Virus record (IMG/VR): IMGVR_UViG_3300043177_000268
Coordinates: 59,478-123,477 of that record
Length of the DNA stretch: 64,000 nt
From: a virus
Reading direction: 5' to 3' (one strand)
Made by a program: the position numbers and the translations under genes. Under the pieces are notes generated by a model that was not told where the DNA came from, did not search any database, and worked only from the letters and a program-made list of their open reading frames with translations. Shown one piece after another: positions 9,017 through 19,110 of this stretch; position 1 is the stretch's first letter, and each line of letters begins with the position of its first letter.

Positions 9017-12000
9017 CTATCTCCTATATTGGTTTGGATCAGTAAGTAGCTGTGACTGCTCCTGCTTAATTGCTGACTCCCAACGTTCGGCCTGTTCATC
9101 AAACATTGTATCTATATCCTTAACCTCCTCTCTCTTGGCCCGCTCAGAGGGCGGTCGTGTATTGCGTACTCGATATTTATCCAATTCGAGAAGAAGATTA
9201 CTGAAGTCATCGCCTGCCGATAGGCGACGATTTAGGTCCATCAGAAGCAATTGCAGATGCTGTGGACTGACTGCGTCACCTAGATCCTTTACATTTACAA
9301 GGCTATCGAGCGCCATAGACACCCTGCGTACAGTATCGGCCTTATCCTTGTACTGAGGTGACTGGGACATTCGACTAATAAAGTCCCGTACCTTATCTCG
9401 CGATACGGTCAGCGACTCTTTGATATAATCAAACTCTTCTTCTGCACCGGCCGCCTCGCGCTCTGCCATGTCTTTTGCTTTATTGATAGCCTTAAGTAGT
9501 TGCGAGCGATACACTTTTGATGTGGAAAGTAGGTCGCGTAGTTGATTAAGTAATACGGGATTTCTCCCAGCTGCAGACATCTCTTTTGAGAGGGATGCTT
9601 GTGCCTGAACTACAGCCTGCAGGTACTTCATTAGTTCTTCGGCCTTGCTATTGAGGCGCGCAACGCCATCTTGCTGTTGGGGCACAAGCCTGTCTGCCAG
9701 CTTGCCGCCAGAGAAAATAGTTTTCGATAGGGATGTAATGAGCGCCTCACCCTCCTCCTGTTTTGGGGCGGGCAATGCAGGGTCTTTGCCAGTATTCTGC
9801 TCTCTACGTATCGTGCTTCTTAGGGCTGGGGCAACTTTGCCCAAAATCATCTCTACAGTTGTTCCGATACTTTTATCTGTAAGATACGATGGTGGTAGTT
9901 TCTGTAGTTCCTTCTCCACTTTCTGCAGAGTATCTGTTGGCACACCGCTTTTAGCCAAGTCATCCAAAATGCTCTTGATAATCGGATTTTCATCTGACTT
10001 ATCGGTGATCTCGCTGCTACGTTCAGCATCAAGCTTCACAGAGGAGAAATCAACCTCGACTTGTGGCGGAATGTAGGTTGTAGATACGAATGGACTCTGT
10101 TTGAATGGCACGTCGCCGCCCTTCGTATAGGGCACTATATCCTTTTCATAGGCGGGAGAGATGGATAGCACTTCCTTCCTGCGGTCAAGCATGGCCATGC
10201 GTATAGCGCCTACAGGATTTCCTAACAGGTTGTTCCCTAGACGCCTGACGGTATTTACTAGCGAGCTGTATACAGACGGCTCTACTATTTCGCCTTTACC
10301 CTCGGCCAATCGCTGGGCATTTAGCTTGTCTATTTGCTCACGAGAGAGTCTTTCCCCCGGCTGTATATTTAATCGAGTTTTACGCACAATGCCCGACGCG
10401 TGCGATGTCGTGTCTGGGACGGGATCGGCAAAGGCTTTTGTAATCTGAGCTAATTCCTCCCAGGACCTTGGTCTGGGGTTTGCTGGATCCGACCAATTTT
10501 CGTCAGTTACCGAAGCGTCAGACTTATTCTTCTCAAAAAACTCACGTACGGCTGATAGAGCTGGGGCGGCGCGCGCGGCGCGAAATCCATAATCAGCACC
10601 TATAATCATTGCTCCAAGAGAATTATTTAGTAATCTAGAGGCATCCTCGCCCTTTCCCTGTTTATCTGCAAAAGCGCGGTATAGCTGACTGAGCTTGCCG
10701 TATATGGTGTTTGACGCCAGCACTGCACCGCCACGACCGCCCTTTAGAGACATGAAGTCGGTATTTATGAATCTCTCAATCTCCTCTCTGCGCTCAGAAG
10801 TTTTAGCGGAGAGCTTCTTAGATAACACTTCCGTTACATATTCTTCAATTATACCTGGAAGCACCTTGTTGCATACGTAGACCGATACGTGCTCCCATGT
10901 CACATCCCTCGTGACCCCCTGCTTTTGTAATTCATAATATTTTGACATGATATCTGCCAGTATTTTATTTATTAGGTCGCCAGTGCGGCGACCTGCATCC
11001 TGCCCCGCCCCACTGTATGTCAGGGCTATATCGGCCTGCTTAGCTTTTATACCGGTGTCATCGATACCCAGATATTTCAATAGTGGTTCAAGCTTGGATG
11101 CGGCAACCCCGGAGCCAAGGCTCTCGTCCCGCAACTTAGAGATGGCGTCAGTATTGATTACGCTGCTTTTATAGTCCTCTTCATTGGCAGCATAGCGCTC
11201 AGCGAATGCTTGCGACGACAGTGCTGCAGATAGGTGGGGGAGGAACCCGTCCGTAAGGGTGCCAAGCTTATCGTTTATGCTTTTTATTTCTTTTTCTGAG
11301 GTAAGGGGCTGTGATGCTGCATCTACAAGTTTAATTGCCGACGGCGCATTGTACACGTAGCGCATTGTGAGCGGGAGGAGGGGCATAGCATATAGTTTGA
11401 ATATATTTGAAAGAATTAATTGAAGCGAAGTTTTGTCAGCAAACAGAGGGCCGTACTTGTTGAGTATCTGCGTGCGCGCTGCCTCAAAAGCATACATCAT
11501 CTCTTCATTGAATGCCCGAATATTGTCCAGGTCCTTGGTCTTAAACGATGTACCGGCTATGTCCCCACCGGGCGTGCCAGAACCATATGTGCGCTTCGCT
11601 TCATTCGAGGCCTCTAAGAATTGATTGCTTTCTGAAGTTATTGCTTTATTTACCTCGCCCTTGGCGGCTACTATGAATTCGTCCAAAATGTCGGTCGCTA
11701 CGGCAGCGTTTGGCTTACTCATCAGTTTTGCAATGGCTTGGGTCAACTGTGCCGAGGACTGTGCCTGCATATGTGCGCGTGCACTCTCCATCGACTCCAT
11801 AGCTCCATCAATAACTTCGAAAGCCACATCTGCATATGTTCTATTACTTAGAAATTTCGTACGAATATCGCCCATGTTAAGATTGGTCGACGCCACGCTA
11901 TACTTCTCACCATTCCACATGGTCATATTCAAATCTAGGCTAGCTAATTTCTGCTCTTTAGACAATAGGTTTGTGATGCTACGCACACCCTTAACATCAG

Positions 12001-12919
12001 TAATATTTGGGTTTATATATATATTTGGTGTTAAAACCTCACCGGAGTTGGATATAACGCGCGTGTTTACATCCGCTATATTTGCCCAGCAGTAATCATG
12101 TAGGGCCTTTTGTAGCTCCTTATAGTGTCGCATGTAAGCTGCAGAGAGGACGGCGAGCTGAGCTGGTAGATTTGCTAGGCTTTTCTGGTGCCCTGGCGGA
12201 GGTCCGGCCGGAAACATAACCTCAAAATCCATGCTACCCTGCATAAAGTCAGCAAGTACGGCCTGATTATATTCAATGAGATATTTGCCGTGCGCGATGC
12301 GCATGGCTTCAATCAAATCATTGAGGCGGGGAGATCTGTACTGAAAGCCCTTCTTGGGCGCGGCGCTTTTGACTAGATTATTTGGAAGAACTGTGAGGAT
12401 TGGATTATTTATTATCTGCTGTTTGATAACGCTAATGAAGGCCATCCCCAATGCGAATGATAAGGCATTCCTGAGCGATTCATTATTATAAGATAATTCT
12501 CTAACAATAGACCTAATCTCCTCTGTGGGGTACTTTGAATCTAGAAGGTGTTGACGCAGCGCTACCAGGCTATCTTTATCGAAAGGTAGGACTTCCGGAA
12601 TAAAGCCTGTAAGATGATTTGTGGGCAGTGCGCCGCGCAAAACGGGCAATTCCGGCCGCACATCTTTAAGATGCGCAAGTAAGAATTGGGCAACCTTCTT
12701 GTTTAAGAGTTTTTGAAATGGATCCTCGACCTCGCCGCCAGATTTCGTAATATTCTCAAAAGCAGCAAACAGATCTTCTACCGTAGCAGGGATGAGCTTG
12801 AACTGAGGGCGGGTTGGCGCCCTGGCATCAGCAGCTAGTGCTTTAAGAGCGTACCTTATATCGCCCGTTGCTTCAAATTTATCTGTATTCTTTTGAGATA
12901 GTATTTTCCAAAGAGTCAT
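9017..12919 (-). CDS. large hypothetical protein (1300 aa), possible virion protein
   Basis: Uninterrupted 3.9 kb ORF, mostly helical, no motif recognised. Confidence 0.6.
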   Translation of the reverse strand: MTLWKILSQKNTDKFEATGDIRYALKALAADARAPTRPQFKLIPATVEDLFAAFENITKSGGEVEDPFQKLLNKKVAQFLLAHLKDVRPELPVLRGALPTNHLTGFIPEVLPFDKDSLVALRQHLLDSKYPTEEIRSIVRELSYNNESLRNALSFALGMAFISVIKQQIINNPILTVLPNNLVKSAAPKKGFQYRSPRLNDLIEAMRIAHGKYLIEYNQAVLADFMQGSMDFEVMFPAGPPPGHQKSLANLPAQLAVLSAAYMRHYKELQKALHDYCWANIADVNTRVISNSGEVLTPNIYINPNITDVKGVRSITNLLSKEQKLASLDLNMTMWNGEKYSVASTNLNMGDIRTKFLSNRTYADVAFEVIDGAMESMESARAHMQAQSSAQLTQAIAKLMSKPNAAVATDILDEFIVAAKGEVNKAITSESNQFLEASNEAKRTYGSGTPGGDIAGTSFKTKDLDNIRAFNEEMMYAFEAARTQILNKYGPLFADKTSLQLILSNIFKLYAMPLLPLTMRYVYNAPSAIKLVDAASQPLTSEKEIKSINDKLGTLTDGFLPHLSAALSSQAFAERYAANEEDYKSSVINTDAISKLRDESLGSGVAASKLEPLLKYLGIDDTGIKAKQADIALTYSGAGQDAGRRTGDLINKILADIMSKYYELQKQGVTRDVTWEHVSVYVCNKVLPGIIEEYVTEVLSKKLSAKTSERREEIERFINTDFMSLKGGRGGAVLASNTIYGKLSQLYRAFADKQGKGEDASRLLNNSLGAMIIGADYGFRAARAAPALSAVREFFEKNKSDASVTDENWSDPANPRPRSWEELAQITKAFADPVPDTTSHASGIVRKTRLNIQPGERLSREQIDKLNAQRLAEGKGEIVEPSVYSSLVNTVRRLGNNLLGNPVGAIRMAMLDRRKEVLSISPAYEKDIVPYTKGGDVPFKQSPFVSTTYIPPQVEVDFSSVKLDAERSSEITDKSDENPIIKSILDDLAKSGVPTDTLQKVEKELQKLPPSYLTDKSIGTTVEMILGKVAPALRSTIRREQNTGKDPALPAPKQEEGEALITSLSKTIFSGGKLADRLVPQQQDGVARLNSKAEELMKYLQAVVQAQASLSKEMSAAGRNPVLLNQLRDLLSTSKVYRSQLLKAINKAKDMAEREAAGAEEEFDYIKESLTVSRDKVRDFISRMSQSPQYKDKADTVRRVSMALDSLVNVKDLGDAVSPQHLQLLLMDLNRRLSAGDDFSNLLLELDKYRVRNTRPPSERAKREEVKDIDTMFDEQAERWESAIKQEQSQLLTDPNQYRR

Positions 12920-13737
12920 TTATCCTTTCCTAAGGCTTCCAAAAGAGCTTTATTCTTAGACAGTGCCTGCAGTCGTGCTTTAATTGCCGATGTGGAAATG
13001 CCTATTTCTTCTGAAATTTCGAATAAAGTTCTGCCCTCCAAGAAAAGGTTAACTATTTTTTTGGTAGAGGGTTCAAGCCCATCAATTACGCTATTTATTG
13101 ATAGGTTACTGACCACATCATGTTCTGAGTCCGAAGCTCTAAAGCCCAGTATCAGAACATCTTCGGGAGAGGTGCATTCTCGAATTGTAGTGTGCCCTCC
13201 ATCTTTGAGTGGAATTTCTTCATCAGCGGAAAGCAGCGCCATGGGAATGGGATATGTGCGCCATTTACCTTCAGCAGTGCTTGTTCGGCAGTAGGTGCAG
13301 TATTTGGGCATCCCCCTGGTTTCATCAAAAACAAATGTCTGATCGCAGTGTGGGCATCGAGTTTTACAGAAGCGGTAGGTGCCATGAGTGGCCGTCCGAC
13401 ACTTCTCTGTGGCATACTTATATAGATTGACCATGCGATTCTTTACATGATTCTGTAAAAATGTCAGCATATTAGCTGACTTCTCTATCGAATAATCTGG
13501 AATTGCGGCTAACGCAATGACGGTGAGTTCCTGAACTAAATCATCAATACCGTATGATGGGATGGACATCTGACGCGCCTGATATCTGATAAAATCAGAT
13601 ATATATCGGTAGACCTGGTCTATCCCAACTCCCGTACGACTATCTATATATAGAACAACACCACTCTTCATGGGAATGTGGCCCGCAATCCACCTTCGAC
13701 CACCGTCGGTGCCATATCTAATCTCGTATTGAGTCAT
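12916..13737 (-). CDS. sigma-70/ECF-like RNA polymerase sigma factor with zinc-ribbon insert
   Basis: Region-2-like DDLVQE...LTFLQNHVKNRMVNLYK; region-4 HTH LFLEGRTLFEISEEIGISTSAIKARL. Start ATG 13737 overlaps the upstream TGA. Confidence 0.8.
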   Translation of the reverse strand: MTQYEIRYGTDGGRRWIAGHIPMKSGVVLYIDSRTGVGIDQVYRYISDFIRYQARQMSIPSYGIDDLVQELTVIALAAIPDYSIEKSANMLTFLQNHVKNRMVNLYKYATEKCRTATHGTYRFCKTRCPHCDQTFVFDETRGMPKYCTYCRTSTAEGKWRTYPIPMALLSADEEIPLKDGGHTTIRECTSPEDVLILGFRASDSEHDVVSNLSINSVIDGLEPSTKKIVNLFLEGRTLFEISEEIGISTSAIKARLQALSKNKALLEALGKDK

Positions 13738-15623
13738 TCTACCACCTCCGACGTGCCCCTCCATTCATCAACACCATCAGTTTTAGTAGCTGGGCATGCA
13801 GCTTGGAAGTCGCAGAAAGAACAAAGCCTTGACGGGCGCGGTTCCCAGCTCTGATCCGAACGTATCATGCCTGCTACCTTGGTAATTTCGGCAACACACC
13901 GTTCGGTATCCGTCTTTGAGATCGAGTACGGGATTGTCTTAGAGGCCTCGCCGAGTACGATGTACGAGCCCTTGATACGTTTGATGTCGGGATTCTCGTG
14001 CCACATTGCTAGTGCGTATACGAGCAGCTGAAATTCGTCAAGGTACTTACTTTTTCCGGTGTTGTGCGTGACGACCATGCCGTCGCCGCACAGGTACAGC
14101 GAATCTGCTGCTTCTACGGCGATGCATTGCGTGGGAACGCTCGGCGTCGGTATGATGTTCGTAATGACCCTGCGCTTTGCTGCACAATCATGCCTATGTG
14201 ATGTTTGCAGAAAAGCATCTACCTGAGCTGCTTTGCGCGGCAATTTGAATGGATTAATACCAACCGGTCGAAATTCGAGCCTATGCGACTTATTTCCCAG
14301 CTTATCTATAGCGTGAAAGTATTGTACAGTAATTCCAAAGGTGCGGATGAGTTCGCGGACATCGCGCGTTAAGGCCTCACTCGTGGAGATAAATACTGCG
14401 CGTTTTCTCTGCGGATTCCACGAGCCATTGGAATCCATAATGCCTCTCAGCAACTCAAGGCGTTGAATGTGGGATGCCCTCAAATACTGAGATGGTATAT
14501 GCTTATTATTAAGCAATCCCACCTTCCGTAAAATACCGGACAGCGGTATATTCCACCTGTATACTCCAACATTGCCATTGTTTCGGCATTGACGACAATA
14601 CCGCCGGCCGTGGTAGGTGGCGAATTCGCTGTGCCCATAGCCGCATCGATTCCGATCCCTTTTAATGCACGTGACAGCATACGCGGTCCTTTCCTTCCTT
14701 ATAGAAATTTCACCCCAACGGCTCTCTAGCATATCTGTCATCGCCTGTAAGTCTTGGGTGCCGACAGTGATTTGACCACTGCGAGATGAGCCGTCACCCA
14801 GCCACACGCCCAATATCCATGGATCTACTGGAAGACTGATCTCTGGTAGCTCTAAAGAGGCGCTGTTTTGTACAACAAACCGCCCAGACACAGATTGTGT
14901 AAATCTTTGATAGAGCTCATCTGCATCTATTACTTCATCGTAGTTTCCTGCGGAACCATTTGTCCTAAAGCCGACTTGCCACAGATGGACATTGTCACAT
15001 ACTACGCTTGTATGATCTGAAAACTCAATCCTGTAACACGGTCTGTTGTGGATTTGTGACTTTACGCTCACCCTAGTCGGCCTACCGTCGCTTCCAAATA
15101 CCATATCACCTACCGTAAGCTCACCCATTGTGGACCAGCCTGTCGGGGTAGGGATTCTGGTATCCATAGCAAGTCCCTTGTAGTCTACAATCTCGACGCC
15201 GCTGTCTGTTTGGTCTACTCTATCTATGAACCCCCGCAGGACGATATTCCCTGCCAACTCTATAGTAAATTCCTTCTCATTGAAAAGGACCTTGGGCAGA
15301 CCCTCGCTGCGTAGCTTGGCTAGGTATGTGTCTAACATGCTCTTGGCGGTGCCGCGCTGCTCTTTGGTCAGAGCATGTGAGGACAGTGTCTTGCGACAGA
15401 TATCTTTAAGGAGCGAACCCCATTCCTCTGGTGGAGTTGGAGTGTCGCGCAAAGTATTGTGAAATGACTCAAGCACATCGTGAACGAAGTTTCCTAGCTC
15501 TATGTGAGGCCACTTTTTCTTGGGGAGCTTCTGTATGTACGTGAAGTAATACTTTCTCGGACACTGGGTATATGTCTTGATGGCCGAGGCCGATATCTTC
15601 AACTTATCACTTTTAATTACCAT
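13734..15623 (-). CDS. PD-(D/E)XK (RecB/AddB/Cas4-like) exonuclease, intein-containing
   Basis: SASAIKTYTQCPRKY, RGFIDRVD...IVDYK|TGKSK, C-terminal CSFCDFQAAC. Start moved to ATG 15623. Confidence 0.88.
   Translation of the reverse strand: MVIKSDKLKISASAIKTYTQCPRKYYFTYIQKLPKKKWPHIELGNFVHDVLESFHNTLRDTPTPPEEWGSLLKDICRKTLSSHALTKEQRGTAKSMLDTYLAKLRSEGLPKVLFNEKEFTIELAGNIVLRGFIDRVDQTDSGVEIVDYKGLAMDTRIPTPTGWSTMGELTVGDMVFGSDGRPTRVSVKSQIHNRPCYRIEFSDHTSVVCDNVHLWQVGFRTNGSAGNYDEVIDADELYQRFTQSVSGRFVVQNSASLELPEISLPVDPWILGVWLGDGSSRSGQITVGTQDLQAMTDMLESRWGEISIRKERTAYAVTCIKRDRNRCGYGHSEFATYHGRRYCRQCRNNGNVGVYRWNIPLSGILRKVGLLNNKHIPSQYLRASHIQRLELLRGIMDSNGSWNPQRKRAVFISTSEALTRDVRELIRTFGITVQYFHAIDKLGNKSHRLEFRPVGINPFKLPRKAAQVDAFLQTSHRHDCAAKRRVITNIIPTPSVPTQCIAVEAADSLYLCGDGMVVTHNTGKSKYLDEFQLLVYALAMWHENPDIKRIKGSYIVLGEASKTIPYSISKTDTERCVAEITKVAGMIRSDQSWEPRPSRLCSFCDFQAACPATKTDGVDEWRGTSEVVE
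14061..15176 (-). mobile_element. intein (372 aa, class-3-like) with LAGLIDADG homing endonuclease
   Basis: Begins GLAMDTRIPTPTGW, block B CDNVHLW, block F VPTQCIAV, ends VVTHN before +1 Thr. LAGLIDADG motifs WILGVWLGDGS and LLRGIMDSNGS. Confidence 0.92.
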
Positions 15624-15630
15624 GCCTACC

Positions 15631-16521
15631 TTAACTTTGGTGCCTACCGTATGTGAACCACTTAAACACATGCGGATTGCTATAGTGCGGTCGCGGCAGA
15701 TTAGCTGGCGCCGGAGGGAGATCCTGAATGGATCTTACCCATCTGCTGCTATTTGAATCAAAGTACGAGAAGACAATAACGTTTTTATCCCTATCGTAGT
15801 GGTATTTTGTAGCGGAGCCGCTGAAATAGTTTGAGTTTCCTAAATTAACATAATCGATACCGCTCCAGGATGTGCGTGAGTTTCTGAGAGACATCAGATG
15901 GCCATTTATTATGTCAACAGCCGGCTTTTCCGGTGCAGATGCGCGGCCGTCTACCAAAAGATACATGGCGTCCGTTCGGACTTCACTCTGATTGTTGGCT
16001 GATGAAAACATGGGCGGGGAATCATCTATAATTGAACCCGTATATTTAGGAGGTTCCAGCACTACCCGAGTATCTGTGCCAACAACAGTGCCATCAGGCA
16101 GAGTTTCCGGCTGGATAATCTCGAGTTCGCTCAGAGGGATATCGATATAGAAAATCGGGTCTCCGGCAAAATCATAATACAGCGGCACGTCTGCGCCGCC
16201 GGGGTATGAATATACGATGCCTTCAAAAAACACGTATCTGGTGCGCCCCAGGTCTGTATTATCTGTTCCGTATGTCTGAGTCAACACCGCGCTTGGTACC
16301 GTTGCGTAGCCGTCAAAATAATATGCTACGGCGCTTACTGTAACCATCCCGACATTGGTTGGCATGGTTATAGCTTCTGTATATACGGCAGATAGCGGCG
16401 TGGGTAGTGTACCATCTAAGGTATAGTAGATGGTGGAAGGTAGATTTGTGAACAGCTCTACTTGCTGCGGTATACCGGAAATAATTTCTTTCTCTGATGG
16501 CGAAAGGGATAGGATAATCAT
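15631..16521 (-). CDS. hypothetical protein with FN3-associated (CHB_HEX_C_1-like) N-terminal domain
   Basis: STIYYTLDGTLPTPLSAVYTEAI...VSAVAY motif; possibly structural. Confidence 0.6.
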   Translation of the reverse strand: MIILSLSPSEKEIISGIPQQVELFTNLPSTIYYTLDGTLPTPLSAVYTEAITMPTNVGMVTVSAVAYYFDGYATVPSAVLTQTYGTDNTDLGRTRYVFFEGIVYSYPGGADVPLYYDFAGDPIFYIDIPLSELEIIQPETLPDGTVVGTDTRVVLEPPKYTGSIIDDSPPMFSSANNQSEVRTDAMYLLVDGRASAPEKPAVDIINGHLMSLRNSRTSWSGIDYVNLGNSNYFSGSATKYHYDRDKNVIVFSYFDSNSSRWVRSIQDLPPAPANLPRPHYSNPHVFKWFTYGRHQS

Positions 16522-16865
16522 TTAACTGCCTGTATGAAGTGAGGGCTACGCTCGACGAGATTCTCACTCTCTGCTGCCCAATAAACGTGATGGGCTAGCT
16601 TTCTACAAAACGCGGCAGCATCCATATACTTTACTCTGATATTCTCATCAGTGGCATCTGCAGCATATCTGCCAAGATGGTGACTCCAGGACAGCAACTC
16701 AGCTATAATAATGCTGTTTGGATTTTCTCTAATTTCAGCGAGTGCGCGTTCAAATGCAATTTTGAATGCAGCATCAAACCCCAGCTTGGAAATTGCTGCG
16801 CAAAGATTATTAAATGTTATCTCCGGTATTTTGTAGTGTGTGTTTAATGTCATGGCCAAACCCAT
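16518..16865 (-). CDS. hypothetical protein
   Basis: ORF with a 4-nt overlap to the downstream gene. Confidence 0.55.
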   Translation of the reverse strand: MGLAMTLNTHYKIPEITFNNLCAAISKLGFDAAFKIAFERALAEIRENPNSIIIAELLSWSHHLGRYAADATDENIRVKYMDAAAFCRKLAHHVYWAAESENLVERSPHFIQAVK

Positions 16866-17004
16866 AAAAATGTATAATTCTCATCGTTATAATTCCATTA
16901 TCGGTGAAGTCTAGCCTTCCAACTATTCATTTTGGCTTAACTGACCTTCACGACTTGGCCGGCCGGGAAGTTTCTTTACTGAAATATCGTATTTCATGCG
17001 TAGA

Positions 17005-19110
17005 TTAGGAAATTTCGACCTCGCTACCAGCATGGGTGCGTTTTACAGTGATAATTGTCTCAAACTCATCCTTCAACGCAGGATCGTGTGTGATCACAAG
17101 AATCTTCATATGACGCTCCAATTTTCGTATGATGGTGACAAATATATCGATATTGTACGGATCCAAACTGGAACTAACCTCATCTAAAAGCAGCAGTTGC
17201 GCCTCGCCTCCCATCCTGCGAGCCTGAATTGAGCCAAGAGCGAGTCGGATTGCAAAGGATACTATAAACTTCTCGCCGCCACTCAGTGAGTGCCAGGGCT
17301 GGGGGCCATTTCGTGTATTGATTTCTATATCAAAAGTCTCTTTCCACTCGCCTTTGGTGCCCTGCTTTTGCGTGACGAACGAGATGTGCATTGGCTCGCT
17401 AGAAAATTCAGATAGCCATGCATTAGTTGCTCTCGTCAGTTCATCAACAACATTGTCGATGATAATCGCTTGGACGCCATCTCTACCAAAAGCTTTCGTT
17501 AATCGGCTATAGACTGTCGCTTGCTTGGTGCACTCATTAAGTATATCCATAGCCTTATTGCGCGCATCCAGAGTCTCTTGCAGAGCTTCGATTTGCGCTG
17601 CCAGCTGCCCGCTTTTGACGAAAAGCTCCCGGGCGCTATTTCTATTGCTCTTTAATTCCTCTTTTTTGATGGACAGTTGTTGCGTTTTAAGAGCATATGA
17701 ATCTAATGCCTCGACATTAGAAATTGAATTCAGAGCTGCTCGGATATCGTGCAGCTTCTTTTCAGTTAATAGAATTTCTTCCAGAAGCGCCGAGCGCTGA
17801 CCTTCAGTCGTTGTTATTCGCAATTGAAGTGTATTGAGCCCGTCATTTAGATTAGCAAGTTGTATCTTGAACTTCTCAAGATCAAACGCCTGCTGCGATA
17901 GTCTCTCAAGCTCCCCCTTCGCAGCAGTTACTTTGCTCTCTGCGCGCTGCACCTTTGCCAGTAGAGTCGCCAGTTCTGCCTTCCGAGCATCTAACTCGGC
18001 CTGTTTGGAAGCGGCGTCGGTCCATTCGTGGCCACATGTGGTGCATTTATCACCGTTTGTTAGGGTTTCTATTTGAGTTCTTATTTGACGAGTCTTGGCT
18101 TTCCCCTCCACTAGAGAGGCTTCCATCTTAGATACGTCTGCTTTACGCAGTTCCAAATCTGCACTTGCAAGCTCCTTAACTAGATTTGCCAGCCCAGCCT
18201 CTTTTTCTTCAATGGCCTTCTGGGCCGAAGCGAGTGAACTATTTAGCTCTGTAAGAGTGCGGTCGTGGGTATTACGCACGGATTGTAGCCTGCTCAGCTC
18301 TTTATCTAATCGCGAACTTTCCGTATCCAATTCTTTAATCTTTGTCGCTTGACGCCCCTTATCCGAATCGGATAGTATAGCGTCTTCCAAAAGACTTATT
18401 TGTTTTTCAAGTTCAGCACTGTCAGAGGCTAGTGCCTCAATCTGAGCATTGACGTTGACAAGCTCATTGCGGGAGTCGCGCAGAGAACTCTCTGCGTTTT
18501 CGGAGCGCAGAAGCTGCGCTCTCATAATCTCAATCTCCCCTTCTAGCTTGTCGAATCTAGTTTTAGCAACCTTCTGATACTTTGTCCAATCCTCCAAATT
18601 CAACAGAGAGCCGAGAAGCGCCTGACGCGTAGAAAATGTGCCCTGTGTAAAATCGAAGAATGAACCCTGTCTAAAATAGACGGAGTTTAAAAAAACATCA
18701 TATGTGCATTTTATTGTCTCACAAATGATCGAGTCTGTAATCTTATTTGTATCACCATGCAGTTTTTCTCTTTGACCGTCTTCGGTCACGCGCCAGAACT
18801 CCGTAATCATTTTGGAATATTTGGCATTGCGCGTGCGCTTTATTTGGTATTTCTGTTCATTGTGAATAAAATCCAACACAACTTCGCACGTTACCTGACC
18901 GCGCTTGACTACATCATCGGCATTCTTATCTCCAGTTTCTCCATAAAGTGCAAATGATAGGGACTCGAGGATGGATGATTTTCCACTGCCATTACTTCTG
19001 CGTGGATCTCCAGACTTCTCGCCTATTATAAGAGCAGAGGAGAAGTCGAAATCTATTACCGAATGCGTGTGGCTCTTGAAGTTGCTGAGCTCTAATCTAG
19101 TGGGAAGCAC
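17005..19110 (-). CDS. sbcC: SbcC/Rad50/gp46-like SMC ATPase
   Basis: Walker A NGSGKSS, coiled coil with zinc hook CTTC, signature LSGGE, Walker B LLLDE. Start moved to GTG 19110 (AGGAG RBS). Confidence 0.92.
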   Translation of the reverse strand: MLPTRLELSNFKSHTHSVIDFDFSSALIIGEKSGDPRRSNGSGKSSILESLSFALYGETGDKNADDVVKRGQVTCEVVLDFIHNEQKYQIKRTRNAKYSKMITEFWRVTEDGQREKLHGDTNKITDSIICETIKCTYDVFLNSVYFRQGSFFDFTQGTFSTRQALLGSLLNLEDWTKYQKVAKTRFDKLEGEIEIMRAQLLRSENAESSLRDSRNELVNVNAQIEALASDSAELEKQISLLEDAILSDSDKGRQATKIKELDTESSRLDKELSRLQSVRNTHDRTLTELNSSLASAQKAIEEKEAGLANLVKELASADLELRKADVSKMEASLVEGKAKTRQIRTQIETLTNGDKCTTCGHEWTDAASKQAELDARKAELATLLAKVQRAESKVTAAKGELERLSQQAFDLEKFKIQLANLNDGLNTLQLRITTTEGQRSALLEEILLTEKKLHDIRAALNSISNVEALDSYALKTQQLSIKKEELKSNRNSARELFVKSGQLAAQIEALQETLDARNKAMDILNECTKQATVYSRLTKAFGRDGVQAIIIDNVVDELTRATNAWLSEFSSEPMHISFVTQKQGTKGEWKETFDIEINTRNGPQPWHSLSGGEKFIVSFAIRLALGSIQARRMGGEAQLLLLDEVSSSLDPYNIDIFVTIIRKLERHMKILVITHDPALKDEFETIITVKRTHAGSEVEIS

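Noticed and set aside
13734-15623. Cas4 of a CRISPR-Cas locus
   Set aside because: No cas1, cas2 or array in the window; this family is a common stand-alone phage exonuclease.
16866-17004. Intergenic TATAATTC direct repeats, TGAAATA/TATTTCA palindrome and a 24-codon ORF
   Set aside because: Short AT-rich matches expected by chance; the ORF has no RBS.
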